The notes: a model not told the origin generated them from the letters alone. DNA of 63,131 nucleotides, filler included, from Reclinomonas americana ATCC 50394 (GCA_048213135.1; 5 parts of 3 records of this genome joined end to end with filler, not necessarily neighbours in it); one strand, 5' to 3'; numbered from the whole stretch's first letter, positions 39,875-53,541 are shown. A program made the numbers and translations.

Positions 39875-39881
39875 ATATAAG
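39875..39881 (+). promoter_or_regulatory. Possible TATA-like box upstream of the EGF-like gene
   Basis: ATATAAG about 100 nt upstream of ATG 39980, followed by a pyrimidine-rich leader. Confidence 0.3.
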
Positions 39882-39979
39882 CCGAGGGTGCTGCAAGCTG
39901 CTGCATTCACATCGCCCTCCAAGAGCCAAGAGAACCTCCTCCTCCTCTTCCCTCAATCCGTCCATCCCACTCTCTCACC

Positions 39980-40612
39980 ATGAAGATCATCATCGCCGTT
40001 GTGGCTTTCACCGCCCTCTTCGCCCTCGCCCTCGCCGCTCCTCCGGCCATTATCGGCGGCGGCAAGTGTTCCACCGACGCCAACTGTCTGGGTGGCAACT
40101 TCCGTGACTCGGCCGGTGCGGCCGTCGACTCCAACGCCAAGTGTGTGTCGGGCAAGTGCCAGGCGACCGCCAGCGGCAACTGGGGCTCGCACTACCAGTG
40201 CCGCCAGGCTTCCCACACCGCTTGCCCCGCCGCCATTGGCACCCCGTGCACCCTGCAGTGGAGCGCCGTGTCACCCAACAACGCCCCTGTCGCCAACGCC
40301 AATGGCGTCTGCAACGACTGCCCCAAGAACTGCTCTGGCCCCAGCAACGGCGACTGCAACCCCGACCTGACCTGCACCTGCAAGCCGGGCTGGACTGGTG
40401 CCGACTGCAGCGTGCCGGCTGAGATCCCGTGCAAGCTCGGCAAGGAGCAGGTGTGCGGCCTGTACGGCAACTGCGTCGGTGCCACGGCGTCGGTCGACGG
40501 CGTGTGCAAGTGCCACACCAACTGCCAGTGCGACGGCAACAACATCTGCACCTGCAACAAGTGGGTGAACGACAACGGCATCGCCTGCACCAAGAAGGTC
40601 CCGGCCAACTAA
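39980..40612 (+). CDS. Secreted cysteine-rich protein with EGF-like module
   Basis: Signal peptide MKIIIAVVAFTALFALALA; CPKNCSGPSNGDCNPDLTCTCKPGWTGADCS; intronless, with strong C-ending codon bias. Confidence 0.85.
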   Translation: MKIIIAVVAFTALFALALAAPPAIIGGGKCSTDANCLGGNFRDSAGAAVDSNAKCVSGKCQATASGNWGSHYQCRQASHTACPAAIGTPCTLQWSAVSPNNAPVANANGVCNDCPKNCSGPSNGDCNPDLTCTCKPGWTGADCSVPAEIPCKLGKEQVCGLYGNCVGATASVDGVCKCHTNCQCDGNNICTCNKWVNDNGIACTKKVPAN

Positions 40613-41157
40613 GTTGAGAGCTCGTCAAACAGCGCGCTTTCCTTGTATAGCATGCAGCACTTGCATGTGTTAACTTCCCTACTAATCCAAACAATAATGA
40701 TGACGAGCTCGAGAGAATGTGTTGACGATAATGAAAAACTCGTTGTCTGTCCTCTTGCAACTCAACAACTGTCTGTGGGGGGGAAGGAAGATGAGGAGAG
40801 ACAAGGGAATTGAGGTGACNNNNNNNNNNNNNNNNNNNNNNNNNNNNNNNNNNNNNNNNNNNNNNNNNNNNNNNNNNNNNNNNNNNNNNNNNNNNNNNNN
40901 NNNNNNNNNNNNNNNNNNNNNNNNNNNNNNNNNNNNNNNNNNNNNNNNNNNNNNNNNNNNNNNNNNNNNNNNNNNNNNNNNNNNNNNNNNNNNNNNNNNN
41001 NNNNNNNNNNNNNNNNNNNNNNNNNNNNNNNNNNNNNNNNNNNNNNNNNNNNNNNNNNNNNNNNNNNNNNNNNNNNNNNNNNNNNNNNNNNNNNNNNNNN
41101 NNNNNNNNNNNNNNNNNNNNNNNNNNNNNNNNNNNNNNNNNNNNNNNNNNNNNNNNN

Positions 41158-41251
<94 letters not shown>

Positions 41252-41540
41252 CACTCACTCACTTACTCTCTCTCTCTCTCACTCTTTCTCTCTCACACTC
41301 ACTCACACACACACTCTCTCTCTCACTCACTCACTCACTCACTCACACTATCTCCCTCCCTCCCTCATACACAATCACTCACTACCTCCCTCATACTCAC
41401 TCACTCCCTCACTCACTCCCTCCCTCCCTCCCTCCCTCCCTCCCTCCCTCCCTCCCTCACACACTCACTCACTCACTCACACTCACTCGCTCACTCACTC
41501 CCTCCCTCACACACTCACTCACTCACTCTGTCTCTCTCTC
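41158..41540 (+). repeat. (CT)n / (CACT)n / (CCCT)n compound microsatellite
   Basis: Direct reading. Confidence 0.9.
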
Positions 41541-41634
41541 CCCGCTCACCTCCCATCTTCTTTACCATCCCTCCCATGCTTTCCCCCTTTCACTGTCTCC
41601 TTTATTATTCACGACAATCCCTTCTCCACGCCAG

Positions 41635-42663
41635 CTACCTCTTCATCGACCCCTCCGACGGCTCCATGAAGCGCGACTGCAAGTACGCGCAGATCAAGCG
41701 CATTGAGCCGATTCGCGGCAAGGATCGCGACTTCAACCTCGACCATCGCTCCGTCGACAAGCACGTGATTAGCGATTTTCGACCGTACGTCCTCTGTCGC
41801 TGCTACCTGGTGACCAATTACGGGCAGCCGCAGCCGTTCAATGTGTCGAAACTCAATAAGAATGGATCAGTTGCGTGGCGTGTTTTGGAGAGGGAGTGAA
41901 GTAGTGGGAGCCTGAAATCCTCACCCGTCCCGTTGCGTGCAGCAAACCGAGGTCATTCTGCGCGTGTATCCTGGCCACTTGGAAGAGGTGGAGAGCATGA
42001 CGCAGCGGCGCGTGCGCTGCGACGAGCTGATGGCGCTCCGTGGCTATGCGGTGTGCTCCGACAACCCGCAGCTGCTGATGATTGCCATGCCAGGTGGCCG
42101 CTATCGGCTGTACAGCTGCCCGGATCGTGATGGACTGGCGCGGTGAGTTTTGGAGTTTTTTTTGATGAACACTGCGGCACACGATTACGGACACCAGAGT
42201 GGGAACAGACAGACGTAGTGTGCGGTGTTATTCTGCGTTCGTGTGCTTGTGTTCTCAGTGTCCTTCCTCCGCATACCCCCCTTTCTGTCTCGCACGCGCT
42301 CTTGTGTCGTAATCTTGCACCGATCTTTCTTGCCTCTGACTCACTTGCCTAGTTGTCTCTCCATCTCTCTCCCTCTCTTTCTATCCCTTCTCTCTCTCCC
42401 ACTCTCTCTCTCTCTCTCTCTCTCTCGNNNNNNNNNNNNNNNNNNNNNNNNNNNNNNNNNNNNNNNNNNNNNNNNNNNNNNNNNNNNNNNNNNNNNNNNN
42501 NNNNNNNNNNNNNNNNNNNNNNNNNNNNNNNNNNNNNNNNNNNNNNNNNNNNNNNNNNNNNNNNNNNNNNNNNNNNNNNNNNNNNNNNNNNNNNNNNNNN
42601 NNNNNNNNNNNNNNNNNNNNNNNNNNNNNNCGCAATCTTGCCACTGCCTATTGTTCCCTCTTA

Positions 42664-42704
<41 letters not shown>

Positions 42705-45445
42705 TGTTTTCCCCTTCCCCTTCCTCCCCCCTCCCCCTTCTCCTCCCCCCTCCCCCCTCCCCCCTTTCCCTTTTCCCCCTTCCCACCTTCCCCCTCCCAG
42801 ATTCCTGGCCGACACCTACGTCAACCGCCTCGGCACCAAAGTCCGCGATCTCCCCCCGGAGCCCGCACAGCAACTCCTGGCCAAGTGCAGCAAGCAACGC
42901 ACTGTGGACTTGCGTCCGATCCACCGCTGGCACGCCGTGAAGCTGTGCGCGCCGCGGAACCCGCGCGAGTCGCCGAACGCAGGTCCCGCTGGTGCCCCCA
43001 AGCCGCGACCCCTCTCCACCCTGGCCACTGGCCTGTGCGAGTCCGACGGACAGACCGATGTCGCGCTCTCGGTGCACTCGTACGACGACATCTACTGCAT
43101 TGTGCGACCGCCAACCGATCCCACAGTGCTAATCATCCAGTACACCAACGACTACACGCACCGCTACGCGTGCGAGCAGCGTGAGGAGGTGGTGTCGTCG
43201 CTCATTGCCATGTGCGATCGGTCGGGGAGGCGCAGCTGGGTGCGCGCGTCGATGGTGCCCGCGGGTGCCGCTCTGCTGCCACTCCAACTGACATCGCACG
43301 AGCTGCTGTCGGATCTGGAGGAGTATCTGGTGAAGCAGCTGACGCTGTCGTCGACCAAGGGACCGCAGGAGTGGAGGTGGGTGTTGGGAGGTTGGTGGGA
43401 GAGGGAAAAGCGCGTGATATGCTCATCGACACCGTGTGTACACACAGACGTGCGGCCGACGAATTTAACGCGTCGTGCAACGTCGGTGCATGCGTCACCA
43501 AGGATAAGAAGGCCTTTATGTTGGTGCTGGATTTGCTGTCGCGAGCCATGGGCGACAAGGACCCCGAGGTGCTCACCGCGCTTCTCAATTGTGTGGAGAG
43601 GTTCCTGGGCTCCAAGGGTGAGTGCTGAGGGCAGAGTATAGAGGGAAGGAGGTCATTGAGAAAAGACAGGACAGGGTGAAGTTTAATGACGGCAACGCGT
43701 TTCGTAGGCGACAATGAGATGTCACTCGTTTTCATTGTTTTCTCGAACCTCGCCCTCTTCATTGTTATCTATTCTCAATTCCTCTCCTCCACAGCCTGCT
43801 TCACCGCTGTTCCACAACTGCAATCGGCATTCTCGGTTGTCTATCAATTGGTCACCACCTCGATGGACCAGGAAGTCGTGTATGCGGCCACGCGAGTGCT
43901 TCGCCAGGCTGCCGAGCAGGCGTTTGAGACGGACAAGACCCGCTATGAGCAGGCCAACAAGCAGGTAAATAGACGTGTGTCAGTTTTCCTGGCACGCCAA
44001 CCGCGTGGCACTCAATCAGCGCGGCGCAGGCTATTTTTGACGAGAGCTCAGTCAACACGCTCATCGACCAGGCCTTCCGTCGGCTTGAGAATCAGCAGGT
44101 TCTGAGCGCCACCGGCATTTTTCAGCTGCTGTCGTCGCTGCTGCACTGGAACTACGGCTCGACGCCGAACAATGTGCTGCAGTCGGCTCTGCGTGCGCTG
44201 CAAACGCGATGGGTTGCGTCTTAATTGGAGCTGGCACTTGTTCCTTGTGTTTCCTCTCACTGTTTTTTTGGTGCTCCGCGCAGCTGCAGCTTGTGGAGCT
44301 GTCGCTCTCACCCGCTCTGGGCATTGCCGAGAACGCCGCGTGTCTGGTGAAGGTGCGCAGCGAGAGTTGTGGGTTTCGAAGTTGTTGATTCTTATCTATT
44401 GTGGCATGCAGTCCCTGTTGTCGCTGGTTCGTCGCGATNNNNNNNNNNNNNNNNNNNNNNNNNNNNNNNNNNNNNNNNNNNNNNNNNNNNNNNNNNNNNN
44501 NNNNNNNNNNNNNNNNNNNNNNNNNNNNNNNNNNNNNNNNNNNNNNNNNNNNNNNNNNNNNNNNNNNNNNNNNNNNNNNNNNNNNNNNNNNNNNNNNNNN
44601 NNNNNNNNNNNNNNNNNNNNNNNNNNNNNNNNNNNNNNNNNNNNNNNNNNNNNNNNNNNNNNNNNNNNNNNNNNNNNNNNNNNNNNNNNNNNNNNNNNNN
44701 NNNNNNNNNNNNNNNNNNNNNNNNNNNNNNNNNNNNNNNNNNNNNNNNNNNNNNNNNNNNNNNNNNNNNNNNNNNNNNNNNNNNNNNNNNNNNNNNNNNN
44801 NNNNNNNNNNNNNNNNNNNNNNNNNNNNNNNNNNNNNNNNNNNNNNNNNNNNNNNNNNNNNNNNNNNNNNNNNNNNNNNNNNNNNNNNNNNNNNNNNNNN
44901 NNNNNNNNNNNNNNNNNNNNNNNNNNNNNNNNNNNNNNNNNNNNNNNNNNNNNNNNNNNNNNNNNNNNNNNNNNNNNNNNNNNNNNNNNNNNNNNNNNNN
45001 NNNNNNNNNNNNNNNNNNNNNNNNNNNNNNNNNNNNNNNNNNNNNNNNNNNNNNNNNNNNNNNNNNNNNNNNNNNNNNNNNNNNNNNNNNACCCGTCGCG
45101 AGATCCAAGATGCAGTGCGTGCCAACGCAGCGTACTTGCCACTGCTCGCTCACGCCGCGACCGTGGGCTCCGCCTTCCTTCGTGATCTGTACGCCTCGGT
45201 AAGTTGGTTGTGAGGACAGGCGATGTGATTTACTCTCTGCTCATCACTTGCAAATTGTAGGTCCTCGGACTGCTCTGTGAGGGCGTCACGGAGACCATGG
45301 ATGTGTTGCAGCGCATTTTCCCGCGCCCTCTGTTCAAGGCGTTGGTGTCGGACGATGTGACCAGACGGTTTGTTCAGAAGAAGGCAGGAGATGTTGCAGA
45401 GTTGACTGTCGCTATGCGTTGTCACACGCACATGGACGCAATTGC

Positions 45446-45483
<38 letters not shown>

Positions 45484-48400
45484 TCTGTTTGTTTTCGTTC
45501 TCTCTCACTCTCTCTGTTTCTGTCTCTCTCTCTGTTCTGTCTCTCTCTCTCTGTGTCCCTCTCTCTCTCTCTCGCTCACTCACTCACACCACTCTCAAAA
45601 CACACACGCTGCATGTCGCTGAAGACTGCCTGCTTATTCTTGCACTTTTCCTTCGAGAGCGTCATCGTCCAATCGTTCTTTTTCCTTGAAACGCCTCCCT
45701 CAGTGCTCTCGCTTGCGCTTTGCCTCTATTACCCGTCCCCCAGTTTCTCCTCCTCCTGCCTCCTCTGTTGGTCTACTCTTTGTATCTCATTATCCATTTC
45801 TGCACATCCTTCTTCTCTCCTCGTCCCTTGCATCATTCCTTCGTTTCCCCTTATCGTCGTCATCCAATCTTTCGTTCTCTTTCAACTCCCTGTTCACCCT
45901 TTCCCTTCAATCTTTTGTTCTCCACTTGTCATCTCCCCATATCCTTATCTTTGTCGCTTCCCCCCTCATCTCCCCTTCTCCTTCTCCTTTCCCTCCCCTC
46001 CCCCCTCATTCCCTTTACCTTCCCCTTTCCTTCCATCTTGTGTTCTCCTCATATATCCGACTTCTCATCCTCTTCCCTTCCCCTTTTGCTCCCCTCCCTT
46101 CCGTCGTTCCCTTTACCTTCGCCTTTCCTTCCTCTCCTTCCCGTCACTCCCCCCTCTCCCCCCTCACTCCCCCCTTCTCCCCCCTCACTCCCCCCTTCTC
46201 CCCCCTCCCTTCCCCTTCCGCTTCCCTTTCCCTCCCCTTCCCCTCCCTTCTCCTTCCCTTCTCCTTCCCATTCCCCTCACCTCCCCCTTTACCCTTGTCG
46301 CAGCGCCCCAAGCCTCTGGCGCAAACGCGGCCCGCGCATGGGCGACGCCGGTCCGCCACTCCCCCTCGAGCTCAAGTGGCAGAATATGTTCGAGCACGTG
46401 AGTGACGACCACCAGCGTGGCGAAGTGATTTGGAATGACCAGACGCGCGCCGAGTTTCGACACGCGTTGCTCACCGAGTACGCCGCGTTCCGCGAAGACC
46501 TGGTTTGCGCTCCCCGCATGATGTTTAGCTCCTTTGCGGTGCTCCTTCTCACTCCCCGCTCCCCGGCAGGCCAAATTCCCGGGCTCGGTGGTGGAGTGGA
46601 ACTCGGACGAATTCACGGTGCGCTACGAGAGTCTGGAGAACGAGCTGCGAGTCGGCGGTTTCTACCTCGGCAACTACCTGCGCGAGGTGGAACGCATGGG
46701 CTTTGGCAAGGAGAGTGAGGTCGACGACCCCATGGCCTTCCTGGACGACCTGCATCACCGCCTGCTGTTTGACACTCGCCCGGAGACGCAAATGCTCTGC
46801 CTGAAGACCATGGTCATTGTGTACACGATGTACCGGCAGAAAGTCGGCGTGTACCCCTTTATTAATCACCTGTGCCAGGCACTGGTCAAGTTGCGTCACC
46901 CCCTGCCACTCACACTTTTTTCTTGCTTGGTGTGCTGATGGGGGAAAGTACACTGTACAGCTGGGAGTACTTGCCGGCCAAGATCCAGCTGCTTACCTTC
47001 CTGCAGCAGTCGTTCTCCAGCGAGCAGAACGTGAAGCTGTTTGTCGACAATGGCGGTGTCGATTTTTGCATCTCGGTGCTGCCGCTGGTGCACTCGCTGC
47101 CGCCACCATCGCCCGACGGCGTGGTCTCTGAACGTTGCGGCCTCGTCCGACGCTGTCACAGTCTCTTTGGGTGGTTGCTCACCGTTGTGTCGCGCGCGTG
47201 TGATTGTTTGTCGCAGACACGGAGTTGGTGATTCTGGTGCTCCGTTTGCTCATTCGCGCCGCCTCGTTCCACCCGAGCCTCGACGAGGACGGCAATGTGC
47301 TGGTGCCGCTGCCGCGTGTCAAGCGACTCCTCAGCTCGGAACGCCTGCTGCCACACATTGCGCAGTTGCTGTTCACCACCAACGACACGGTGCTGTCGCT
47401 GGTATCGCAGCTGCTGGAGACACTGATTGAGCACAATCACGAAATTGGTATGAGCGAGAGCCGCGCGCGCTGTGCCTGATCTCTCTCTCACCCGCTGACG
47501 CATTTCTCTCTCTCTCTCTCTCACGTGACAGGGCATCGTCTGTACCGCACCGGCATCTTCTTCTTCCCGTTCCTGCACGACGGCAAGCGATTCGCCGCCG
47601 TCGCACCGATCCTCTACGCAGCCCACATGGTGCAGAAGCGTGTGCCGCCGGTGGCCCTGGAAGAGATCATGCCGTACAATCTGGTGCGCCTGCTGGAGGA
47701 GAGTGGAGCGGCGACGTTTGTGGCCAGTTTCCAGTCGGACATGGAGAGTCCGTCGCTCATCTGGAACCAGGTGAGAGCGCGGGCGCTTGTTGTTTCATGC
47801 TGAGAAAACAGCATGATCTGACATTGTCTCTCTTTCCTCTCTCACGTCGCAGACCATGCGACAGTCGTTGGTGGCGCACATGCGCGCGCACTTGGCGCCC
47901 TTTTATCACCAGCTGTCGGCGGCTCCCGGCACCAGCGTCTACAGCCTGTCGACCAGCTTCACGCGCATGGAATACGGCCATCTCACGCAGGAGCCGCGCT
48001 GCGGCAAGTACTTTTTGCGGTATCTGTTGGACCAGAGCCGCTGGCCCGCCGGCTTCCAGATCGCCCCCGTGTCCGAATTCCTGGCCGAGGCCACGGATCT
48101 GATGCAGCAGCTCATTGTGATTCACGCTCAAAGCAATGTCGACATTTTCATGCTGATCGACGCCATTAACATTGTGTGGCCGCGGTACGCCGAAGATGCC
48201 GCTGTGCGCAACTTTGCGTACTTTGCGCCGTTGATTCCGTGCATGGCGGTGAGTGAAGGATGGAGGAAGAGGGAGGTGGAGAGGGAGAAGGGATTGGGGC
48301 CTCATCTTTCTCCTCTTCTATTTCCCCTTTTCTCTCCCGCTCTTCTCTAACACTTTATCCTTGTTTGGCTGTCTCGATTCCTCATCATTCTTCTCTCTCT

Positions 48401-51400
48401 GCTGTCACTTCTTCTTCTTCCTCTTCTTCTTCTTCTTTTGTTTGTCTCTCTCTCTCTCTCTTATCCTTCTCTCTCTTCCGTACCCCTTCCCCTTTTTCTC
48501 CCTCATTCCTTGCCCAACGCGCAGGTCGCTGTGCAAGAACAACAAATCACCCTCCTGGAGCGCCTCCTTGCGCTCCTCATGACGGCCACGCGAGTCAATC
48601 CGCACGGCAACCTCAACGCGCTGGCGCAGACGTTCCAGAGCGTGGAGACGCTGTGCCAGGTGGTCGATGCTCTGACACCGCTCCGCGACGTTTTCGTGCC
48701 GTCGCTCACCACTCTGATGAGGTTTGGACATTATGCTCTCCTCGTCGCGCAAGTATCTCATCCTTGCACTGCAGTCTGCTGGCCGAGATGACGGGTATCG
48801 ACAGCGTCGCATCGGTTGTCTCCAACCAAATCACCGCACTCAAATCCATGGTCGGCCTGACTGCGCTCACCGTCGGCAGTCCGAACACCATGGTTTAATT
48901 TCATTTCCGCACTTTTGCCTTCCCCTTTCCCTCACCCTTCACCTCTGCGTACAGCTGCTGGAGGCCACGTTGAAGACACTCCTCAACTGCGCCGGCGTCA
49001 GCTCTGCTGTGGACTTGTACCTGACCAGTGGCATGCTGCCGGTGTTGATCGTGCTCATTTCGTCGGCGCACGACGACGGCGAGAGCCGGCATGAGGCACG
49101 CGCCCTGGCTACCCTCGGCGCCTCGCTGCTCTCGCGCATGTACCGCACCTCGAACAATGGCGGTGTGGCGCAGGTCATTTCACGCCTGCTGCCGGCGCAT
49201 GTCATCGACCGTCTGCGCTCTGGTGTGCAAGGCTCGGAAGTTGTCGCCGCCTTCCAGGCGGAGACCGAGTCGGCGAATGCTGTGTGGAATGCCAACACGC
49301 GCGCCGAGCTCACCTCGGCCATGCGTCACCAGGTGAGAGGGAGGGATGGAGGGGGATATATAGAGAGGAGGTGATTTGGGGTGCTGATTCTTGTTTCGTT
49401 TTGGTACAGGTTGCCGACATTCAGCAAGGCTTCATGAGCGGCCGGCAAGACTTTGATCCGCAGCCACTGGCGCAGTTCGAGTTCGATTCCTTCAAGGTTC
49501 ATTTTATTGTTGCTGCATTCGTTTCATGTCTGCAAGACACCGTGTGCTCACCTCTCGCGTCGCAGTCGGAGCTCAAGGTCGCCGGCGTCTTTGTGCGCCA
49601 ATTCAACAAAGATCCGCGCACCGGCATTGAGCGTCCGGCCGAGTTCTTCAAGGGCCTGCTCTACGAACTGAGTGTGCAGGACGAGCCGGGGTATGTCGCG
49701 CCGTGTTTGCTCGTGGCGTGTATCATGGGTTGCTGATCATGTCGACATGGGATTGCAGATGCTCGTTGCTGATTCTGGAGGCCCTCAACAACGTGCTGGT
49801 GGCCAATCGAAGTCTGGCGGCACAATTGTATGGCGAAGTGTCGGCGCTGCATGCAGTGCTCGGGTCGGCGTTCCGTCACACCGACTGCGCCATTCGTGCG
49901 CTGTTTATTTTCTTTGCCACGGCCCGCGATCGGCAGTACACCGAGGCTCTGGTGCAGGTTTGTCATGCGTGGGAGAGTGGGTTATGTTGCGCGATAATGC
50001 TGACGATAGCACTTGTTGGCAGGCCGGCGCTGTGCGCGAGTTGCAAAAGTTGCTAAAGATGTATGAGAATTCGTCCATCATTCAACAACTTGCCAATGGT
50101 GAGTGGAAGGGGAAAGCAAAGGAAAAGGGGGAAGGGGAGTGGAGAAGGGACAGGGGAGAAACGTGCTTTGTTCGATGTATTGTCTGTGCATGGGAGGAAA
50201 ACTGGGAGAAGGTAGAATGGACTGTGAATTAGCATGTCATCTGTTGTGCGTTCCTTAGTTTGCTCTGTGTATTCATATGCGTGCGTACTGCGTGTGCTCG
50301 AGTATGTGAGTGAGAGGAAGGGACTGATCGCGCTGTTTATCTTACCGTGGTTCTGCGCCTTCGCTCTTAATTTCTGTCTGTCTCTGTGTGCTTGAGTGCG
50401 TGTATGAGCGCCAGAGCATCTGTTTGAGTTAGATTTGCACGAGATCGAGGGCATGTTGGGAGAGTCAGAACAGGTTGAGATTGCATAATTCGGTGTGTTG
50501 AGGCATGTTGAGCACACGGTTAGTTTTCTGTATGCGAGCTCACTCTTTGTGGGAAAGAGAGAGGACGCATCTCGATTTCAGTCGCCATTGTACTCACGGA
50601 TGATGGCACAGGCGTCCTGTTCTTTGTCATTGCCGAGTGTCCGTCCGGCGCTGCACAATTTGTGGCTCTCGGTGGCCACTTCCAGTCCCTGGTCTCGTTT
50701 GTCAACACACAGGAGAGCGTTGCGTACGAGCGTGCGTGTCAGCTGCAACATTTTCCTTTGCTGATGTAGCTTCCTTTGTTGTGTTGCAGGAGACCGCGCG
50801 TCGCATCGCTGCCGTGCTGTTGTGTGCTACGTTGCAGAGCGAGTCAGGCCCACAAGTGCGTGCGGACATGCTGCGGTATTTGCCGCCGATTTTCGTTCGC
50901 AAGGTGTTTGAAGAGCCGACGGCTGCAGTGGCGTTTTACGACACGGTGCGTTGCTGCCCTCCCCCCCCCCCCCCCCCCCCCTCCGTCGCCTATCACTCAT
51001 TCATTTTCTCTCGAGCGCAGCTGCAAGAGTCGGCCGAGGTGATTTGGACCGACAGCTTGCGGTTCGAGTTGCGACAGGCGCTGTCGGACACGGTGATTCC
51101 ACAGCATGCCGCGTACATGCAGAGCAATCCGTCGTCGCCGTTTGCTATCCAGCCTGCCGACTACAAGCTGGTGTACCGGGCACTGGCGCACGAGATGGCG
51201 GTCTGTTTCGATCTTTTCCGCTGTGCTTTACTCGTGCGCTCACTCCTCTGTTTGGTGGACGACAGATTGATGGAGTGTTTTTGCGCAAGTTTGTGGAGAA
51301 TCCGAACCAGCACATGTTTTTGGTGGAGGACCCGGCACGCTTTGTGGAGACTTGTCTCACGCAATTGCATGCCATGATTTCAGGTGTGTGTGTGTGTGTA

Positions 51401-52982
51401 NNNNNNNNNNNNNNNNNNNNNNNNNNNNNNNNNNNNNNNNNNNNNNNNNNNNNNNNNNNNNNNNNNNNNNNNNNNNNNNNNNNNNNNNNNNNNNNNNNNN
51501 NNNNNNNNNNNNNNNNNNNNNNNNNNNNNNNNNNNNNNNNNNNNNNNNNNNNNNNNNNNNNNNNNNNNNNNNNNNNNNNNNNNNNNNNNNNNNNNNNNNN
51601 NNNNNNNNNNNNNNNNNNNNNNNNNNNNNNNNNNNNNNNNNNNNNNNNNNNNNNNNNNNNNNNNNNNNNNNNNNNNNNNNNNNNNNNNNNNNNNNNNNNN
51701 NNNNNNNNNNNNNNNNNNNNNNNNNNNNNNNNNNNNNNNNNNNNNNNNNNNNNNNNNNNNNNNNNNNNNNNNNNNNNNNNNNNNNNNNNNNNNNNNNNNN
51801 NNNNNNNNNNNNNNNNNNNNNNNNNNNNNNNNNNNNNNNNNNNNNNNNNNNNNNNNNNNNNNNNNNNNNNNNNNGTGAGGGGGGAAGGAAAAGAGAGTAA
51901 GGAGAAGGGGAAATGACGAGACGAAAGAGAGAGCATCATAGAGAAGAGAGAGATTGAGAGAGAAAGAACATGAGGTGAGTGCAAGCATGAGAGATAAATA
52001 GAAAATGTGTGTATGTCTGTGTTAACACGTGCATGACTGAAGTGTTTGTTCTTGTACTGTACGTATGCCTGAGTCTTTTCGTGTCAGCGCATGTGTGGTG
52101 GCGTGTTTGTACTGCATGTACGCGCGCGTCTCTCGCGTGTGCATTGGTGGTTGTAAGTTTGTGGGTCGCTACACAAATGTCTTGCTGTGGGGAGTTCTTG
52201 TCTGTTGAGAAGCTGTCTGTTAGACGTCTCCCAGTGCACGTACGCAGTTGAGAAAGAGCAATGGTAAACACACTGCGTTTCAAGAGGCGTGCCTACTTGA
52301 TGTAACACTGTGTGCTCACCATATCCCGCTTCCCTCTCACAGTGGTATCAGCGAGCGATTGCGGTTATCACTGATTTTGACTGCCACGCACTTTTTGTGG
52401 AGCCCCATTGGCCGTCAGTGCATCGATCGCAATCCGTGCTGTGCTTACTTGTTGCGAGTTTCGTCCTTGGTGGTGCTGTTCGATTGGTGAACAGGAACTC
52501 ATGTTCTCTCTCGATACACTTCCGCATAGGCGTTGGGGCAAATGGGCGATCATCTGGACCAGGGTCTGCTGGCATTGGCGCGGTTGTTGCGACATTCGCC
52601 GCAGAATCTGCTGCGTGCAGTTGTTGCGTTGGTTGTGAAGGCTCAATTACGCTTCCGGTTGCTTGTGTGCTCACGAAGTGCTCGCAGAGCGACGGCGTCA
52701 TTCCCTTCTGTCTCGGTGTTATGGAGAGCGCACGACCACCGCAAGTCAAGGACCGCGCGGCGCACGTCATCAAGATGTTGGTCGCTGATGGCCGGTGAGT
52801 GTGCAACTGCACACGTTCCTCATGCGACTGTGTGTCGCTGACTGCGCCTTTGCCACAGGACATCGGAGGGTGCTCGCAGTGCGGTGTCGACGAGTGGCAT
52901 TTGGTTGCAGTACACGCAGGCACCGGTACAGCCGCAGCCTCTTGACGATTCCACCATTCCGAATGCGCCACCGCAGGCACAG
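41635..52982 (+). CDS. RME-8/DNAJC13-like protein lacking J and GYF domains; partial ends
   Basis: Four IWN-type repeats (EVIWNDQTR ~46425, SLIWNQTMR ~47755, AVWNANTR ~49280, VIWTDSLR ~51040) plus SLDEDGNVLVPLPRVKRLLS..LPHIAQLL, LYRTGIFFF, ELRVGGFYL and ELKVAGVFVRQFNKDP, all typical of RME-8. About 30 in-phase exons. Confidence 0.85.
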
Positions 52983-53074
52983 GTTCGTGAACTACATTCC
53001 GGGGTGCGCAGTTTGCAACATGAATGCTTTCGTGGAGATCGTTTGTGAAGAGAAGGAGTGTTGCTGATGCTCTC

Positions 53075-53076
<2 letters not shown>

Positions 53077-53121
<45 letters not shown>
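53077..53121 (+). repeat. (CTGT)n microsatellite
   Basis: Direct reading. Confidence 0.9.
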
Positions 53122-53127
<6 letters not shown>

Positions 53128-53438
53128 CTCTCTCCTCTCTCTCTCTCTCTCTCGCATTCTTCACTCTCTCCCTGTCTCTCTGCCCGTCTGTCTGTCAGTG
53201 TATCTGTCTGTCTGTCTGTCTGTCTGTCTACAGACAGTCTGCCTGTCTCTCTATCTCATTCTCTTTCCCTTTCCTGTTTATGAAAATGAGAGAGAGAGAG
53301 AGCAAGTCAGAGGATTCAGTGATCACATCGAGAACACATCTGCTGAGAGTGATCGGATATACTCTCTCCTTCTCCATCTCCGTCTCATCCCTGANNNNNN
53401 NNNNNNNNNNNNNNNNNNNNNNNNNNNNNNNNNNNNNN

Positions 53439-53450
53439 TTAATTAATTAA
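53439..53450. other. Artificial scaffold linker TTAATTAATTAA
   Basis: 12-mer between N runs. Confidence 0.95.
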
Positions 53451-53541
53451 NNNNNNNNNNNNNNNNNNNNNNNNNNNNNNNNNNNNNNNNNNNNAGAGAG
53501 CGACAGAGAGAGAGAGAGAGAGAGCGGGAGAGACACTCAAC

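Noticed and set aside
45442-46300. Long L/S/P/F-rich or E/R-rich ORFs (also 14606-14950, 33888-34480, 61720-63081)
   Set aside because: These are translations of CT/GA-rich intronic low-complexity DNA.
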